Shown: piece by piece, positions 20,691 through 38,559 of the stretch | Layout of the letters: each line of letters opens with the position of its first letter | Position numbering within the stretch: position 1 is the stretch's first letter | DNA from: Escherichia phage 232Ecol030PP | DNA length: 64,000 nucleotides | Strand: one strand, 5' to 3' | Sequence record: PP355090.1 | The notes under the pieces: generated by a model | What the model was told of the DNA's origin: nothing | Databases searched by the model: none | What the model saw: the letters and a program-made list of their open reading frames with translations, nothing else | Translations under genes and position numbers: made by a program

Positions 20691-20833
20691 TTTATAAATA
20701 CTATAAACTCATAAGGAAACCGCTATGTTCATTCAAGAACCAAAGAAATTGATTGATACAATGGATCAGACAGAAGAAATCAATATTCTGTTTACATTTT
20801 AAATTAAGGGAGCCCATGGGCTCCCTTTTTCTT

Positions 20834-20841
20834 TATAAATA
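20834..20841 (+). promoter_or_regulatory. Late promoter TATAAATA for gene 9 (duplicated copy also at 20693-20700)
   Basis: exact TATAAATA 25 nt upstream of the gene 9 ATG. Confidence 0.6.
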
Positions 20842-20865
20842 CTATAAACTCATAAGGAAACCGCT

Positions 20866-21732
20866 ATGTTCATTCAAGAACCAAAGAAATTGATTGATAC
20901 CGGCGAAATTGGTAACGCTTCTACTGGTGATATCTTATTCGACGGTGGTAATAAAATTAATAGTGATTTTAACGCAATTTATAATGCGTTTGGCGATCAG
21001 CGTAAAATGGCAGTAGCAAATGGCACTGGAGCAGATGGTCAAATTATCCATGCTACTGGATATTATCAAAAGCACTCTATCGCGGAGTACGCAACTCCAG
21101 TGAAAGTTGGCACTAGACATGATATTGATACCTCTACTGTAGGTGTTAAAGTTATTATTGAAAGAGGAGAACTTGGCGATTGTGTTGAATTCATTAACTC
21201 TAATGGATCAATATCAGTTACTAATCCTTTAACGATTCAGGCTATTGATTCAATTAAAGGCGTTTCAGGTAATTTAGTAGTAACTAGTCCATATAGTAAA
21301 GTTACTTTACGTTGTATTTCATCTGATAATTCTACGTCGGTTTGGAATTATTCTATTGAAAGTATGTTTGGTCAAAAGGAATCACCTGCTGAAGGTACAT
21401 GGAATATTTCTACATCTGGGTCAGTTGACATTCCATTGTTTCATCGTACTGAATATAACATGGCTAAATTGTTAGTTACATGCCAATCAGTAGATGGAAG
21501 AAAAATTAAAACGGCAGAAATAAATATTCTTGTAGATACTGTTAATTCAGCGGTCATTTCTTCTGAATATGCTGTCATGCGGGTTGGAAATGAAACAGAA
21601 GAAGACGAAATCGCTAATATTGCATTTAGTATTAAAGAAAATTATGTAACGGCAACTATAAGTTCTTCAACTGTCGGTATGAGAGCAGCAGTTAAAGTTA
21701 TCGCTACGCAGAAAATCGGGGTGGCTCAATAA
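20866..21732 (+). CDS. 9: Baseplate wedge / tail-fibre socket protein gp9
   Basis: 288 aa MFIQEPKKLIDTGEIGNASTGDILFDGG... Confidence 0.95.
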   Translation: MFIQEPKKLIDTGEIGNASTGDILFDGGNKINSDFNAIYNAFGDQRKMAVANGTGADGQIIHATGYYQKHSIAEYATPVKVGTRHDIDTSTVGVKVIIERGELGDCVEFINSNGSISVTNPLTIQAIDSIKGVSGNLVVTSPYSKVTLRCISSDNSTSVWNYSIESMFGQKESPAEGTWNISTSGSVDIPLFHRTEYNMAKLLVTCQSVDGRKIKTAEINILVDTVNSAVISSEYAVMRVGNETEEDEIANIAFSIKENYVTATISSSTVGMRAAVKVIATQKIGVAQ

Positions 21733-23537
21733 TGAAACAAAATATTAATATCGGTAATGTTGTTGATGATGGTACCGGTGACTACCTGCGTAAAGGTGGT
21801 ATAAAAATAAATGAAAACTTTGATGAACTTTATTATGAACTTGGCGATGGAGATGTTCCATATTCAGCCGGTGCCTGGAAAACTTATAATGCTTCATCCG
21901 GTCAAACATTAAAAGCTAAGTGGGGAAAATCATACGCTATTAATACCTCTTCTGGAAGAGTAACTTTACAACTTCCTAAAGGAACTGTTAATGATTATAA
22001 TAAAGTAATTAGAGCTAGGGATGTATTTGCAACATGGAACATTAATCCAGTTACTTTAGTAGCTGCTTCTGGGGATACAATTAAAGGGTCGTCATCGTCA
22101 GTTGAAATTAATATTCAATTTAGTGATTTAGAGCTCGTTTATTGTGCTCCAGGACGTTGGGAATATGTCAAAAACAAACAAATTGACAAAATTATTAGTT
22201 CAGATATTAGTAATGTAGCACGTAAAGAATTTTTAGTCGAAGTTCAAGGACAAACAGACTTTTTAGATGTTTTCCATGGAACTAGTTATAATGTCAATAA
22301 CATCAGAGTAAAACATCGTGGTAACGAATTGTATTACGGTGATGTATTTAGCGAAAACAGTGACTTTGGCTCTCCGGGCGAAAATGAAGGCGAATTAGTT
22401 CCTCTTGATGGATTTAATATTCGATTAAGACAGCCTTGTAATATTGGTGACACCGTTCAAATTGAAACATTTATGGATGGTGTATCACAATGGAGAAGTT
22501 CATATACAAGACGCCAAATAAAAGTATTAGATTCAAAATTAACGTCAAAAACTTCTTTAGAAGGAAGTATTTACGTTACTGATTTATCAACAATGAAATC
22601 AATTCCATTCTCTGCATTTGGATTAATTCCTGGAGAACCTATTAATCCTAATTCTCTTGAAGTTCGTTTTAATGGAATTTTACAACAACAAGCTGGAACA
22701 GCAGGATATCCTCTGTTTTTGTGTGAAGGTGCTAACTCAGATACGCAAGCAGGATGTATATCTCTTGGTGGTGAATGGAAAGAATCTAACACAGATTATT
22801 CTATAGAATATGAAGATGGAAAACCTGTCAGTCTTTTATTTGATAGAAAATTTGAATCAGGTGATATAATCGTTATAACATGGTTTAATAATGATTTAGG
22901 AACTCTTTTAGAAAAAGATGACATTATTGAATTAACTGATGACCGTTATGTTAGTAAAGGATCATCTACCGAAGTTACTGGGGATGTAGCCTTAACAGAT
23001 TTTGATAAAATCGGTTGGCCAAATGTTGAAAAAGTTGATTCTTATACTAGAACGTATAATTCAATATCATCTATTTTCGATAGCATTTATCCCGTAGGTT
23101 CAATTTATGAAAATGCTATAAACCCAAATAATCCGGTGACTTATATGGGGTTTGGTTCGTGGAAATTATTTGGTAAAGGACAAGTTTTAGTAGGATGGAA
23201 TGATGATGTTACGGATCCAAACTTTGCTTTAAACAATAATGATTTAGATTCTAGCGGAAATCCTTCACATACTGCCGGTGGAACAGTTGGAACAACATCG
23301 GTGACACTTGAGAACGCAAATCTTCCTGCGACTAAAACTGATGAAAAAGTTTTAATTGAAGATGAAAACGGATCAGTTATTATTGGAGGTTGTCAATATG
23401 ACCCAGACGAAACTGGTCCTATATATACAAAATATCGTGAAGACTACGCAACAACAAACTCTTCACATACTCCTCCTACTAATATTAGTAATATTCAACC
23501 GTCTATTACTGTATACCGTTGGATAAGGATTGCATAA
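21732..23537 (+). CDS. 10: Baseplate wedge / tail pin protein gp10
   Basis: 601 aa. Confidence 0.93.
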   Translation: MKQNINIGNVVDDGTGDYLRKGGIKINENFDELYYELGDGDVPYSAGAWKTYNASSGQTLKAKWGKSYAINTSSGRVTLQLPKGTVNDYNKVIRARDVFATWNINPVTLVAASGDTIKGSSSSVEINIQFSDLELVYCAPGRWEYVKNKQIDKIISSDISNVARKEFLVEVQGQTDFLDVFHGTSYNVNNIRVKHRGNELYYGDVFSENSDFGSPGENEGELVPLDGFNIRLRQPCNIGDTVQIETFMDGVSQWRSSYTRRQIKVLDSKLTSKTSLEGSIYVTDLSTMKSIPFSAFGLIPGEPINPNSLEVRFNGILQQQAGTAGYPLFLCEGANSDTQAGCISLGGEWKESNTDYSIEYEDGKPVSLLFDRKFESGDIIVITWFNNDLGTLLEKDDIIELTDDRYVSKGSSTEVTGDVALTDFDKIGWPNVEKVDSYTRTYNSISSIFDSIYPVGSIYENAINPNNPVTYMGFGSWKLFGKGQVLVGWNDDVTDPNFALNNNDLDSSGNPSHTAGGTVGTTSVTLENANLPATKTDEKVLIEDENGSVIIGGCQYDPDETGPIYTKYREDYATTNSSHTPPTNISNIQPSITVYRWIRIA

Positions 23538-24196
23538 TGAGTTTACTTAATAATAAAGCGGGAGTTATTTCCCGCTTAGCAGATTTTCTTGGTTTTAGAA
23601 CTAAGAAAAATGATATTTCGGTTATGAATAATCAGCCAGTAGGCGCTGTAACAATTTCACAAATAGCAAAAGGTTTTTATGACCCGAATGTAGAATCTGC
23701 TATCAATGATGTTAGAAATATGGCAGAGCAACCGGTTGGAGCTGTATTAGTTAATATAAGCGGCGTATCTCCTACTGGCGTGCAACAAACCGACTATTGG
23801 TCATTTGAAGGAACTGTTACTGATACTTCAGTCAAATCAGGTGACCCAGTTATTGTTAACATGTTTGGTATTCCAGTTAAAGCTACTAATGGAATGACTT
23901 CAATTGAATTTACTAGTGCCGTTAGAATAGCTCTACAGGAAATGGTTGTAAAATTTATTGCAATTGATTCATTTGAAGACCATCCTACCATAGGAAATAA
24001 AATACAAGTTAAGTATTTAGATAACCAAGAACATATCTTAGAACAATACTCTGATAAAGGAATTACTTTCAAACAGGAAATAATTTCTCCTTCTAAACCT
24101 GGGTATGGAACTTGGCAATTATTAGGTGCGCAAACTGTTACGCTAGATAGTCACACACAACCTACAGTATTTTATTATTTTGAGAGAGTAGCATGA
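23537..24196 (+). CDS. 11: Baseplate wedge / tail pin protein gp11
   Basis: ORF track starts at 23519; start placed at [20 protein letters not shown] (219 aa) abutting the gene 10 stop. Confidence 0.9.
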   Translation: MSLLNNKAGVISRLADFLGFRTKKNDISVMNNQPVGAVTISQIAKGFYDPNVESAINDVRNMAEQPVGAVLVNISGVSPTGVQQTDYWSFEGTVTDTSVKSGDPVIVNMFGIPVKATNGMTSIEFTSAVRIALQEMVVKFIAIDSFEDHPTIGNKIQVKYLDNQEHILEQYSDKGITFKQEIISPSKPGYGTWQLLGAQTVTLDSHTQPTVFYYFERVA

Positions 24197-25743
24197 GTAA
24201 CAATACATATCAGCACGTATCAAATGAATCAAAATATGTTAAATTCGATCCTACTGGATCGAATTTTCCTGGCACTGTTACGACAGTACAGTCTGCATTA
24301 TCAAAAATAAGTAATATCGGCGTAAATGGTATTCCTGATGCAACTATGGAAGTTAAAGGAATAGCAATGATTGCGTCAGAGCAAGAGGTTTTAGATGGAA
24401 CTAATAATTCTAAAATCGTTACACCAGCTACATTAGCAACAAGATTATTGTATCCAAATGCTACTGAAACTAAATATGGTTTAACGCGTTATTCAACAAA
24501 TGAAGAAACATTAAAAGGCTCAGATAATAATTCATCAATAACACCACAAAAACTGAAATACCACACTGACGATGTGTTCAAAAATAGATATTCGTCTGAG
24601 TCATCAAACGGGGTTATTAAAATATCATCTACACCTGCAGCTTTGGCTGGAGTTGATGATACTACTGCGATGACTCCGCTAAAAACCCAAAAACTTGCAA
24701 TAAAATTAATTTCGCAAATAGCTCCTTCAGAAGACACTGCAACAGAATCGGTGAGAGGAGTAGTTCAATTATCTACTGTTGCACAAATTCGTCAAGGAAC
24801 TCTCCGCGAAGGATATGCAATTTCCCCGTATACCTTTATGAATTCTGTTGCAACACATGAATATAAGGGTGTTATACGCCTAGGAACGCAGACTGAAATT
24901 AATAATAATTTGGGTGGTGTTGCAGTAACAGGTGAAACACTAAATGGTCGAGGAGCTACCGGTTCTATGCGTGGAGTAGTTAAATTAACGACGCAAGCCG
25001 GTATTGCCCCTGAAGGTGATAGCTCTGGAGCATTAGCATGGAACGCAGATGTAATTAATACTCGTGGTGGACAAACTATTAATGGTTCTTTAAATTTAGA
25101 CCATCTTACAGCAAATGGAATTTGGTCACGCGGTGGAATGTGGAAAAATGGCGATCAACCTGTTGCCACTGAAAGATATGCGTCCGAACGAGTTCCGGTT
25201 GGAACTATTATGATGTTTGCGGGTGATTCAGCACCTCCAGGTTGGATTATGTGTCATGGTGGAACCGTGTCAGGTGACCAATTTCCTGATTATAGAAACG
25301 TAGTTGGAACAAGATTTGGTGGCGATTGGAATAATCCTGGCGTTCCTGATATGCGGGGTCTTTTCGTCAGAGGAGCCGGCACAGGCGGTCATATTTTAAA
25401 TCAACGTGGACAAGATGGCTATGGAAAGGATAGACTGGGCGTAGGATGTGACGGAATGCATGTTGGTGGTGTTCAGGCACAACAAATGTCATACCATAAA
25501 CATGCTGGTGGTTGGGGTGAATATAACAGAAGTGAAGGCCCATTTGGCGCGTCAGTTTATCAAGGATATCTTGGAACTAGAAAATATTCCGACTGGGATA
25601 ATGCTTCATACTTCACTAATGATGGATTTGAATTAGGTGGACCGAGAGATGCTCATGGTACACTTAATCGTGAAGGATTAATTGGTTATGAAACTAGACC
25701 ATGGAATATATCATTAAACTATATTATTAAAGTTCATTACTAA
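24193..25743 (+). CDS. 12: Short tail fibre protein gp12
   Basis: 516 aa; position after gene 11. Confidence 0.9.
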   Translation: MSNNTYQHVSNESKYVKFDPTGSNFPGTVTTVQSALSKISNIGVNGIPDATMEVKGIAMIASEQEVLDGTNNSKIVTPATLATRLLYPNATETKYGLTRYSTNEETLKGSDNNSSITPQKLKYHTDDVFKNRYSSESSNGVIKISSTPAALAGVDDTTAMTPLKTQKLAIKLISQIAPSEDTATESVRGVVQLSTVAQIRQGTLREGYAISPYTFMNSVATHEYKGVIRLGTQTEINNNLGGVAVTGETLNGRGATGSMRGVVKLTTQAGIAPEGDSSGALAWNADVINTRGGQTINGSLNLDHLTANGIWSRGGMWKNGDQPVATERYASERVPVGTIMMFAGDSAPPGWIMCHGGTVSGDQFPDYRNVVGTRFGGDWNNPGVPDMRGLFVRGAGTGGHILNQRGQDGYGKDRLGVGCDGMHVGGVQAQQMSYHKHAGGWGEYNRSEGPFGASVYQGYLGTRKYSDWDNASYFTNDGFELGGPRDAHGTLNREGLIGYETRPWNISLNYIIKVHY

Positions 25744-25752
25744 GGATTACAA

Positions 25753-27210
25753 ATGATTGAATTAAAAGAGTTACCTTTTGTTGATAGCGTTCCTGACGAA
25801 GGTCAGGAACGTATTTCATGGATTAAAAATGGTGAAGAAATATTAGGAGCTAGTACTAAGTATGGAAATGATGGATCAATGAATAGACCAATTGTTTCCG
25901 TGTTTAAAAACGTCGAAGTTCTTGATGAAAATGTGGGAATTCTTAAAACTGCCATTGAAACATCACAGAAAGATATTAAAACAATTCAAGGAGTTTTAGA
26001 TGTATCAGGAGATATAGAAGCACTATCGCAGATCAGTGTTAATAAAAATGACATATCGAATTTAAAGACACTTACCAGTGAACACACTGATATATTAACT
26101 GGAACTAATAATACAGTTGACAAAATTATTGCTGATATAGGTCCATTTAATGATGAAGAAAACTCTGTTTATAGAACAATTAGAAATGATTTATTGTGGA
26201 TTAAACAGGAATTAGGACAATATTCTGGCCAAGACATTAACGGTCTTCCTGTTGTTGGTAATGCTAGCACAGGAATGAAACACAGAATAATAACAAATAG
26301 TACATTATTATCTTCACAGGGCATTCGTTTAAGCGAATTAGAAAATAAATTTACTGAATCTGACGTAGGATCATTAACTGTTGAAGTTGGTAAATTACGT
26401 GATGAACTTGGTAATAAACCAGTAGATTTTGGGCCAAATATTTATAATAGATTAAACACTATAGATGATAAACAAACTTTAATAAATTCTGATATAGCAG
26501 AAATTAAATCTTCTATTGGATACCCAGAAAATGTTTCTATAATAACAGAAATTAATAATAACAAAAGTAGCATTGAAGCTATTAATAATGAATTAAATCA
26601 GAGTGAAGGTGTTAAACAGCGCTTAACGGCTATTGAAACTTCTATAGGTTCAGATGATATTCCTTCTAGTATTAAAGGAAAAATTAAAAATCACACAACT
26701 TCTATTGAGTCTTTAAACGGAATTGTTGGTGAAAACACTTCGTCTGGTTTAAGAGCGAATGTTTCGTGGTTAAATCAAATTGTTGGAACTGACTCCAGCG
26801 GAGGACAACCGTCTCCTTCTGGATCTCTATTAAATAAAGTTTCAGTGCTTGAAGGAGAAGTTTCAGTTTTAAACAATAATGTTCAAAATATACAAGTTGA
26901 AATAGGAAATAATAGAACAGGAATTAAAGGTCAAGTTATTGAACTTACTTCACTTATAAATGGAAATAATCCTGACGGATCAACTGTTGAAGAACGAGGA
27001 TTAACTAATTCTGTAAAAACGAATGAAACCAACATTGCGGCAGTCACACATGAAGTAAATACAGCTAAAGACAATATATCCTCTTTACAGAGCAGCGTTC
27101 AAGCTCTACAAGAAGCAGGTTATATTCCTGAAGCTCCAAAAGATGGCCAAGCTTACGTTCGTAAAGACGGCGAATGGGTACTACTTTCTACCTTTTTATC
27201 ACCAGCATAA
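25753..27210 (+). CDS. wac: Fibritin (whisker protein)
   Basis: 485 aa, coiled-coil heptads and C-terminal [27 protein letters not shown] foldon. Confidence 0.95.
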   Translation: MIELKELPFVDSVPDEGQERISWIKNGEEILGASTKYGNDGSMNRPIVSVFKNVEVLDENVGILKTAIETSQKDIKTIQGVLDVSGDIEALSQISVNKNDISNLKTLTSEHTDILTGTNNTVDKIIADIGPFNDEENSVYRTIRNDLLWIKQELGQYSGQDINGLPVVGNASTGMKHRIITNSTLLSSQGIRLSELENKFTESDVGSLTVEVGKLRDELGNKPVDFGPNIYNRLNTIDDKQTLINSDIAEIKSSIGYPENVSIITEINNNKSSIEAINNELNQSEGVKQRLTAIETSIGSDDIPSSIKGKIKNHTTSIESLNGIVGENTSSGLRANVSWLNQIVGTDSSGGQPSPSGSLLNKVSVLEGEVSVLNNNVQNIQVEIGNNRTGIKGQVIELTSLINGNNPDGSTVEERGLTNSVKTNETNIAAVTHEVNTAKDNISSLQSSVQALQEAGYIPEAPKDGQAYVRKDGEWVLLSTFLSPA

Positions 27211-27241
27211 CATGGGGCCGCAAGGCCCCAAAGGATTTTAA

Positions 27242-28943
<1,702 letters not shown>

Positions 28944-28984
28944 TAAATATTATAAACTAATTAAAGCCCAGATTAGGAGAAATC

Positions 28985-32122
<3,138 letters not shown>

Positions 32123-32153
32123 ATATATTAAAGCATATTAAAGAGGATTAAAA

Positions 32154-34133
32154 ATGACTTTATTATCTCCGGGCATTGAGCTCAAAGAAACTACGGTTCA
32201 AAGCACCGTGGTTAATAACTCTACTGGTACAGCAGCTTTGGCCGGTAAATTCCAGTGGGGTCCTGCTTTTCAGATTAAACAGGTTACAAACGAAGTAGAT
32301 TTAGTTAATACTTTTGGTCAACCTACAGCTGAAACTGCTGACTATTTTATGTCTGCAATGAATTTCTTACAATATGGAAATGATTTGCGAGTTGTGCGCG
32401 CTGTCGATAGAGATACCGCTAAAAACTCATCTCCGATTGCTGGTAATATTGAATACACAATTTCTACCCCAGGTAGTAACTACGCGGTTGGAGATAAAAT
32501 CACGGTCAAATATGTTTCAGAAGATGTTGAAACAGAAGGTAAAATTACCGAAGTAGATGCTGATGGAAAAATTAAGAAAATTAATATTCCTACTGCAAAA
32601 ATTATTGCTAAAGCTAAAGAAGTTGGCGAATACCCAACATTAGGTTCTAACTGGACTGCAGAAATTTCTTCATCTTCTTCCGGTTTAGCTGCAGTAATAA
32701 CTCTTGGAAAAATTATTACTGATTCTGGTATTTTATTAGCTGAAATTGAAAATGCTGAAGCTGCTATGACAGCGGTTGACTTTCAAGCAAATCTTGAAAA
32801 ATATGGAATTCCAGGAGTAGTAGCTCTCTATCCAGGCGAATTAGGCGATAAAATTGAAATTGAAATCGTATCTAAAGCTGACTATGCGAAAGGCGCTTCT
32901 GCATTACTGCCAATTTATCCAGGTGGTGGTACTCGTGCATCTACTGCCAAGGCAGTATTTGGATATGGGCCGCAGACTGACTCACAGTACGCTATTATAG
33001 TTCGTCGAAATGATGCTATTGTTCAAAGCGTTGTTCTTTCAACTAAGCGTGGTGAAAAAGATATTTACGATAGTAACATCTATATTGATGACTTTTTCGC
33101 AAAAGGTGGTTCAGAATATATTTTCGCAACTGCGCAAAACTGGCCAGAAGGCTTCTCTGGAATTTTAACTCTGTCTGGTGGATTATCATCAAATGCTGAA
33201 GTAACAGCAGGAGATTTGATGGAAGCTTGGGACTTCTTTGCTGACCGCGAATCTGTTGACGTTCAGTTGTTTATTGCGGGTTCTTGTGCCGGTGAATCTC
33301 TTGAAACAGCATCTACTGTCCAAAAACATGTTGTTTCAATTGGTGATGCTCGTCAAGATTGCTTAGTATTGTGCTCACCACCGCGCGAAACTGTAGTTGG
33401 AATTCCTGTAACTCGCGCTGTTGATAACTTAGTCAATTGGAGAACCGCAACAGGTTCATACACTGATAATAACTTTAATATCAGTTCAACCTATGCAGCA
33501 ATTGATGGTAACTACAAATATCAGTATGACAAATATAATGATGTCAATCGCTGGGTTCCATTAGCAGCTGATATTGCCGGTTTATGTGCAAGAACCGATA
33601 ACGTTTCTCAGACTTGGATGTCTCCAGCTGGTTATAATCGCGGCCAGATTCTTAACGTTATTAAACTTGCTATTGAAACTCGCCAAGCTCAGCGCGACCG
33701 TTTATATCAAGAAGCTATCAACCCAGTAACTGGTACAGGTGGTGATGGTTACGTATTATATGGTGATAAAACAGCTACTTCTGTTCCTTCTCCATTTGAT
33801 CGTATTAACGTTCGTCGTCTGTTTAATATGTTGAAAACGAATATCGGACGTAGTTCAAAATATCGTTTGTTCGAATTAAACAACGCGTTTACTCGTTCAT
33901 CATTCCGCACAGAAACTGCCCAATACTTACAGGGAATTAAAGCTCTCGGTGGAATTTATGAATATCGTGTAGTTTGCGATACAACAAATAACACTCCGTC
34001 AGTAATTGATAGAAATGAGTTTGTTGCAACATTCTACATTCAACCGGCGCGCAGTATAAATTATATTACTTTGAATTTCGTCGCAACTGCTACTGGTGCA
34101 GATTTCGATGAGTTAACTGGTCTTGCTGGTTAA
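32154..34133 (+). CDS. 18: Tail sheath protein gp18
   Basis: 659 aa. Confidence 0.96.
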   Translation: MTLLSPGIELKETTVQSTVVNNSTGTAALAGKFQWGPAFQIKQVTNEVDLVNTFGQPTAETADYFMSAMNFLQYGNDLRVVRAVDRDTAKNSSPIAGNIEYTISTPGSNYAVGDKITVKYVSEDVETEGKITEVDADGKIKKINIPTAKIIAKAKEVGEYPTLGSNWTAEISSSSSGLAAVITLGKIITDSGILLAEIENAEAAMTAVDFQANLEKYGIPGVVALYPGELGDKIEIEIVSKADYAKGASALLPIYPGGGTRASTAKAVFGYGPQTDSQYAIIVRRNDAIVQSVVLSTKRGEKDIYDSNIYIDDFFAKGGSEYIFATAQNWPEGFSGILTLSGGLSSNAEVTAGDLMEAWDFFADRESVDVQLFIAGSCAGESLETASTVQKHVVSIGDARQDCLVLCSPPRETVVGIPVTRAVDNLVNWRTATGSYTDNNFNISSTYAAIDGNYKYQYDKYNDVNRWVPLAADIAGLCARTDNVSQTWMSPAGYNRGQILNVIKLAIETRQAQRDRLYQEAINPVTGTGGDGYVLYGDKTATSVPSPFDRINVRRLFNMLKTNIGRSSKYRLFELNNAFTRSSFRTETAQYLQGIKALGGIYEYRVVCDTTNNTPSVIDRNEFVATFYIQPARSINYITLNFVATATGADFDELTGLAG

Positions 34134-34168
34134 TACGGTGCATTCTAAAGGCCTGTTTCGGCAGGCCA

Positions 34169-34235
34169 TATAAATACACTATATCCTTAATTCTTTAATT
34201 CTATATGCCCTAGGTTAAACATAGGGATATAAATA
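34169..34235 (+). promoter_or_regulatory. Two late promoter boxes TATAAATA upstream of gene 19
   Basis: TATAAATA at 34169-34176 (just after hairpin GGCCTG..CAGGCC) and at 34228-34235 (14 nt before the ATG). Confidence 0.55.
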
Positions 34236-34249
34236 CTACAGAGGCTAAT

Positions 34250-34741
34250 ATGTTTGTAGATGATGTAACACGAGCGTTTGAATCTGGTGATTTTGCTCGA
34301 CCTAACTTATTCCAAGTAGAAATTTCTTATCTTGGACAAAATTTTACATTCCAATGTAAAGCCACTGCTTTACCAGCTGGTATTGTAGAAAAAATTCCAG
34401 TCGGATTTATGAACCGTAAAATTAACGTAGCAGGCGATCGTACATTCGATGACTGGACTGTTACAGTAATGAACGATGAAGCTCATGATGCTCGCCAGAA
34501 GTTTGTTGATTGGCAAAGCATTGCTGCTGGTCAAGGAAACGAAATTACTGGTGGAAAACCTGCAGAGTATAAAAAGAGCGCTATTGTTCGTCAATATGCT
34601 CGTGATGCTAAAACAGTAACAAAAGAAATTGAAATTAAAGGTCTGTGGCCTACTAACGTGGGTGAACTTCAATTAGATTGGGATTCAAACAATGAAATCC
34701 AAACCTTTGAAGTAACTCTTGCTCTCGATTATTGGGAATAA
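34250..34741 (+). CDS. 19: Tail tube protein gp19
   Basis: 163 aa. Confidence 0.96.
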   Translation: MFVDDVTRAFESGDFARPNLFQVEISYLGQNFTFQCKATALPAGIVEKIPVGFMNRKINVAGDRTFDDWTVTVMNDEAHDARQKFVDWQSIAAGQGNEITGGKPAEYKKSAIVRQYARDAKTVTKEIEIKGLWPTNVGELQLDWDSNNEIQTFEVTLALDYWE

Positions 34742-34773
34742 AATGAATGGGGAGAAATCCCCATCCTGCTTAA

Positions 34774-36398
<1,625 letters not shown>

Positions 36399-36399
<1 letters not shown>

Positions 36400-36638
36400 T
36401 GGAAGGTTTAATTGAAGCTATTAAATCAAACGACCTCGTAGCCGCTCGTAAATTATTTGCTGAAGCCATGGCTGCAAGAACGACTGATTTAATTAAAGAA
36501 GAAAAAATCGCTATCGCTCGTAATTTCTTAATCGAAGGTGAAGAACCTGATGACGAGGATGATGACGAAGACGAAGATAGTGATGATAAAGACGACAAAA
36601 AAGACAAAGACTCTGACGAAGACGAGGATGATGAATAA
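36399..36638 (+). CDS. 67: Prohead core protein gp67
   Basis: 79 aa with acidic C-terminal tract. Confidence 0.9.
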
Positions 36639-37063
36639 TGCTTCTGATCCCTGAAACTCATGAATTAGTTCTCGAGAATGTCGAAGCACTTATTCCTGAA
36701 GCACAGGGTCGCTTTGACGAATTGTCTTCTGCTTTAAATAAAGACGATATAAATACAATTGTCGAGAATATGCTTGATGATGAAACTGATTTAGCGGTTG
36801 CATTAGCTTCTATTAATGAAAATATGCCGTTAAATGAATTTATCGTTAAACATGTTTCTGCCCGTGGTGAAATTACTCGCACTAAAGATCGCAAAACCCG
36901 CGAACGTAATGCATTTCAAACTACCGGGTTGTCTAAAGCAAAACGTAGACAAATTGCTCGTAAAGCTACCAAAACGAAGATTGCCAATCCAGCAGGTCAA
37001 TCTCGTGCTCAGCGTAAGCGTAAAAAAGCTCTTAAACGTCGTAAAGCATTAGGATTAAGCTAA
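36638..37063 (+). CDS. 68: Prohead core protein gp68
   Basis: 141 aa, basic C-terminus. Confidence 0.9.
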
Positions 37064-37701
37064 TGAATGAACCCCAATTACTAATTGAAACTTGGGGTCA
37101 ACCTGGCGAAATTATTGATGGCGTACCAATGCTTGAATCTCATGATGGAAAAGACTTAGGTTTAAAACCGGGTTTATACATCGAAGGAATATTCATGCAA
37201 GCGGAAGTTGTCAATAGAAATAAACGTCTTTATCCAAAACGTATATTAGAAAAAGCGGTAAAAGACTATATTAATGAGCAAGTTTTAACTAAACAAGCTC
37301 TCGGAGAATTAAATCATCCTCCACGCGCTAATGTTGACCCGATGCAAGCCGCTATCATTATAGAAGATATGTGGTGGAAAGGAAATGACGTATACGGACG
37401 AGCTCGTGTTATTGAAGGTGACCACGGTCCTGGAGATAAATTAGCAGCTAATATTCGTGCCGGATGGATTCCAGGAGTTTCTTCTCGTGGATTAGGTTCA
37501 TTGACTGACACAAATAAAGGTTATCGTATCGTAAACGAAGGATTCAAATTAACTGTAGGTGTTGATGCAGTATGGGGTCCAAGTGCTCCAGATGCATGGG
37601 TAACTCCTAAGGAAATTACAGAATCACAGACGGCGGAAGCCGATACAAGTGCCGATGACGCCTATATGGCTCTCGCAGAGGCCATGAAAAAAGCGTTATA
37701 A
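37063..37701 (+). CDS. 21: Prohead core protease gp21
   Basis: 212 aa. Confidence 0.95.
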   Translation: MNEPQLLIETWGQPGEIIDGVPMLESHDGKDLGLKPGLYIEGIFMQAEVVNRNKRLYPKRILEKAVKDYINEQVLTKQALGELNHPPRANVDPMQAAIIIEDMWWKGNDVYGRARVIEGDHGPGDKLAANIRAGWIPGVSSRGLGSLTDTNKGYRIVNEGFKLTVGVDAVWGPSAPDAWVTPKEITESQTAEADTSADDAYMALAEAMKKAL

Positions 37702-37731
37702 ATATTATTATCTAAACAACAGGACTACAAA

Positions 37732-38541
37732 ATGCTTAAAGAACAACTGATTGCCGAAGCGCAGAAAATTGATGCTTCCGTTGCTCTTGATAGTATTTTC
37801 GAATCAGTTAATATTTCTCCGGAAGCAAAAGAAACTTTCGGCACTGTATTCGAAGCTACCGTCAAGCAGCACGCCGTTAAATTAGCTGAATCTCATATCG
37901 CTAAAATTGCTGAAAAAGCAGAAGAAGAAGTAGAAAAAAATAAAGAAGAAGCAGAAGAAAAAGCTGAGAAGAAAATCGCTGAGCAAGCTTCTAAATTCCT
38001 TGACCATCTTGCAAAAGAATGGCTCACTGAAAATAAATTAGCAGTAGATAAAGGTATCAAAGCCGAACTGTTTGAATCCATGCTTGGTGGATTGAAAGAG
38101 CTCTTCGTTGAACACAACGTTGTTGTTCCAGAAGAATCAGTTGATGTTGTAGCTGAAATGGAAGAAGAACTGCAAGAACATAAAGAAGAATCAGCTCGTC
38201 TGTTCGAAGAACTCAATAAGCGTGACGCATATATCAATTATGTGCAGCGTGAAGTGGCATTGAGCGAAAGTACTAAAGATCTGACTGAGTCTCAAAAAGA
38301 AAAAGTCTCTGCTCTGGTCGAAGGTATGGATTATTCAGATGCATTCTCAAGTAAATTGAGTGCAATCGTAGAAATGGTGAAGAAATCTAATAAAGATGAA
38401 AGCACTATTACTGAGAGTATAAATACTCCTGATACTGAAGCAGCCGGACTGAATTTCGTCACTGAAGCTGTAGAAGATAAATCTGCACAAGGTGCAGAAG
38501 ATATTGTAAGTGTATATGCGAAAGTCGCATCTCGTTTCTAA
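37732..38541 (+). CDS. 22: Prohead core scaffold protein gp22
   Basis: 269 aa, highly charged coiled coil. Confidence 0.95.
   Translation: MLKEQLIAEAQKIDASVALDSIFESVNISPEAKETFGTVFEATVKQHAVKLAESHIAKIAEKAEEEVEKNKEEAEEKAEKKIAEQASKFLDHLAKEWLTENKLAVDKGIKAELFESMLGGLKELFVEHNVVVPEESVDVVAEMEEELQEHKEESARLFEELNKRDAYINYVQREVALSESTKDLTESQKEKVSALVEGMDYSDAFSSKLSAIVEMVKKSNKDESTITESINTPDTEAAGLNFVTEAVEDKSAQGAEDIVSVYAKVASRF
38418..38425 (+). promoter_or_regulatory. Candidate late promoter TATAAATA inside gene 22, upstream of gene 23
   Basis: exact TATAAATA about 135 nt upstream of the gene 23 ATG; no other exact box between genes 22 and 23. Confidence 0.35.
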
Positions 38542-38559
38542 TTTTAAAGGTTAACACAA

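Larger units (their letters stand above)
20619..20900. repeat. Perfect 141-bp direct tandem duplication (2 copies) spanning gene 8 3' end, terminator hairpin, late promoter and gene 9 5' end
   Basis: 20619-20759 and 20760-20900 read identically in the window; junction gattgatac/aatggatcag. Confidence 0.9.

Noticed and set aside
36520-36638. Acidic repeat tract ([28 protein letters not shown]) as a possible DNA repeat element
   Set aside because: It is the coding low-complexity C-terminus of prohead core protein gp67, not an independent repeat.
37893-38237. 114-aa Ser-rich minus-strand ORF inside gene 22
   Set aside because: Antisense to the charged scaffold protein gene; compositional artefact.
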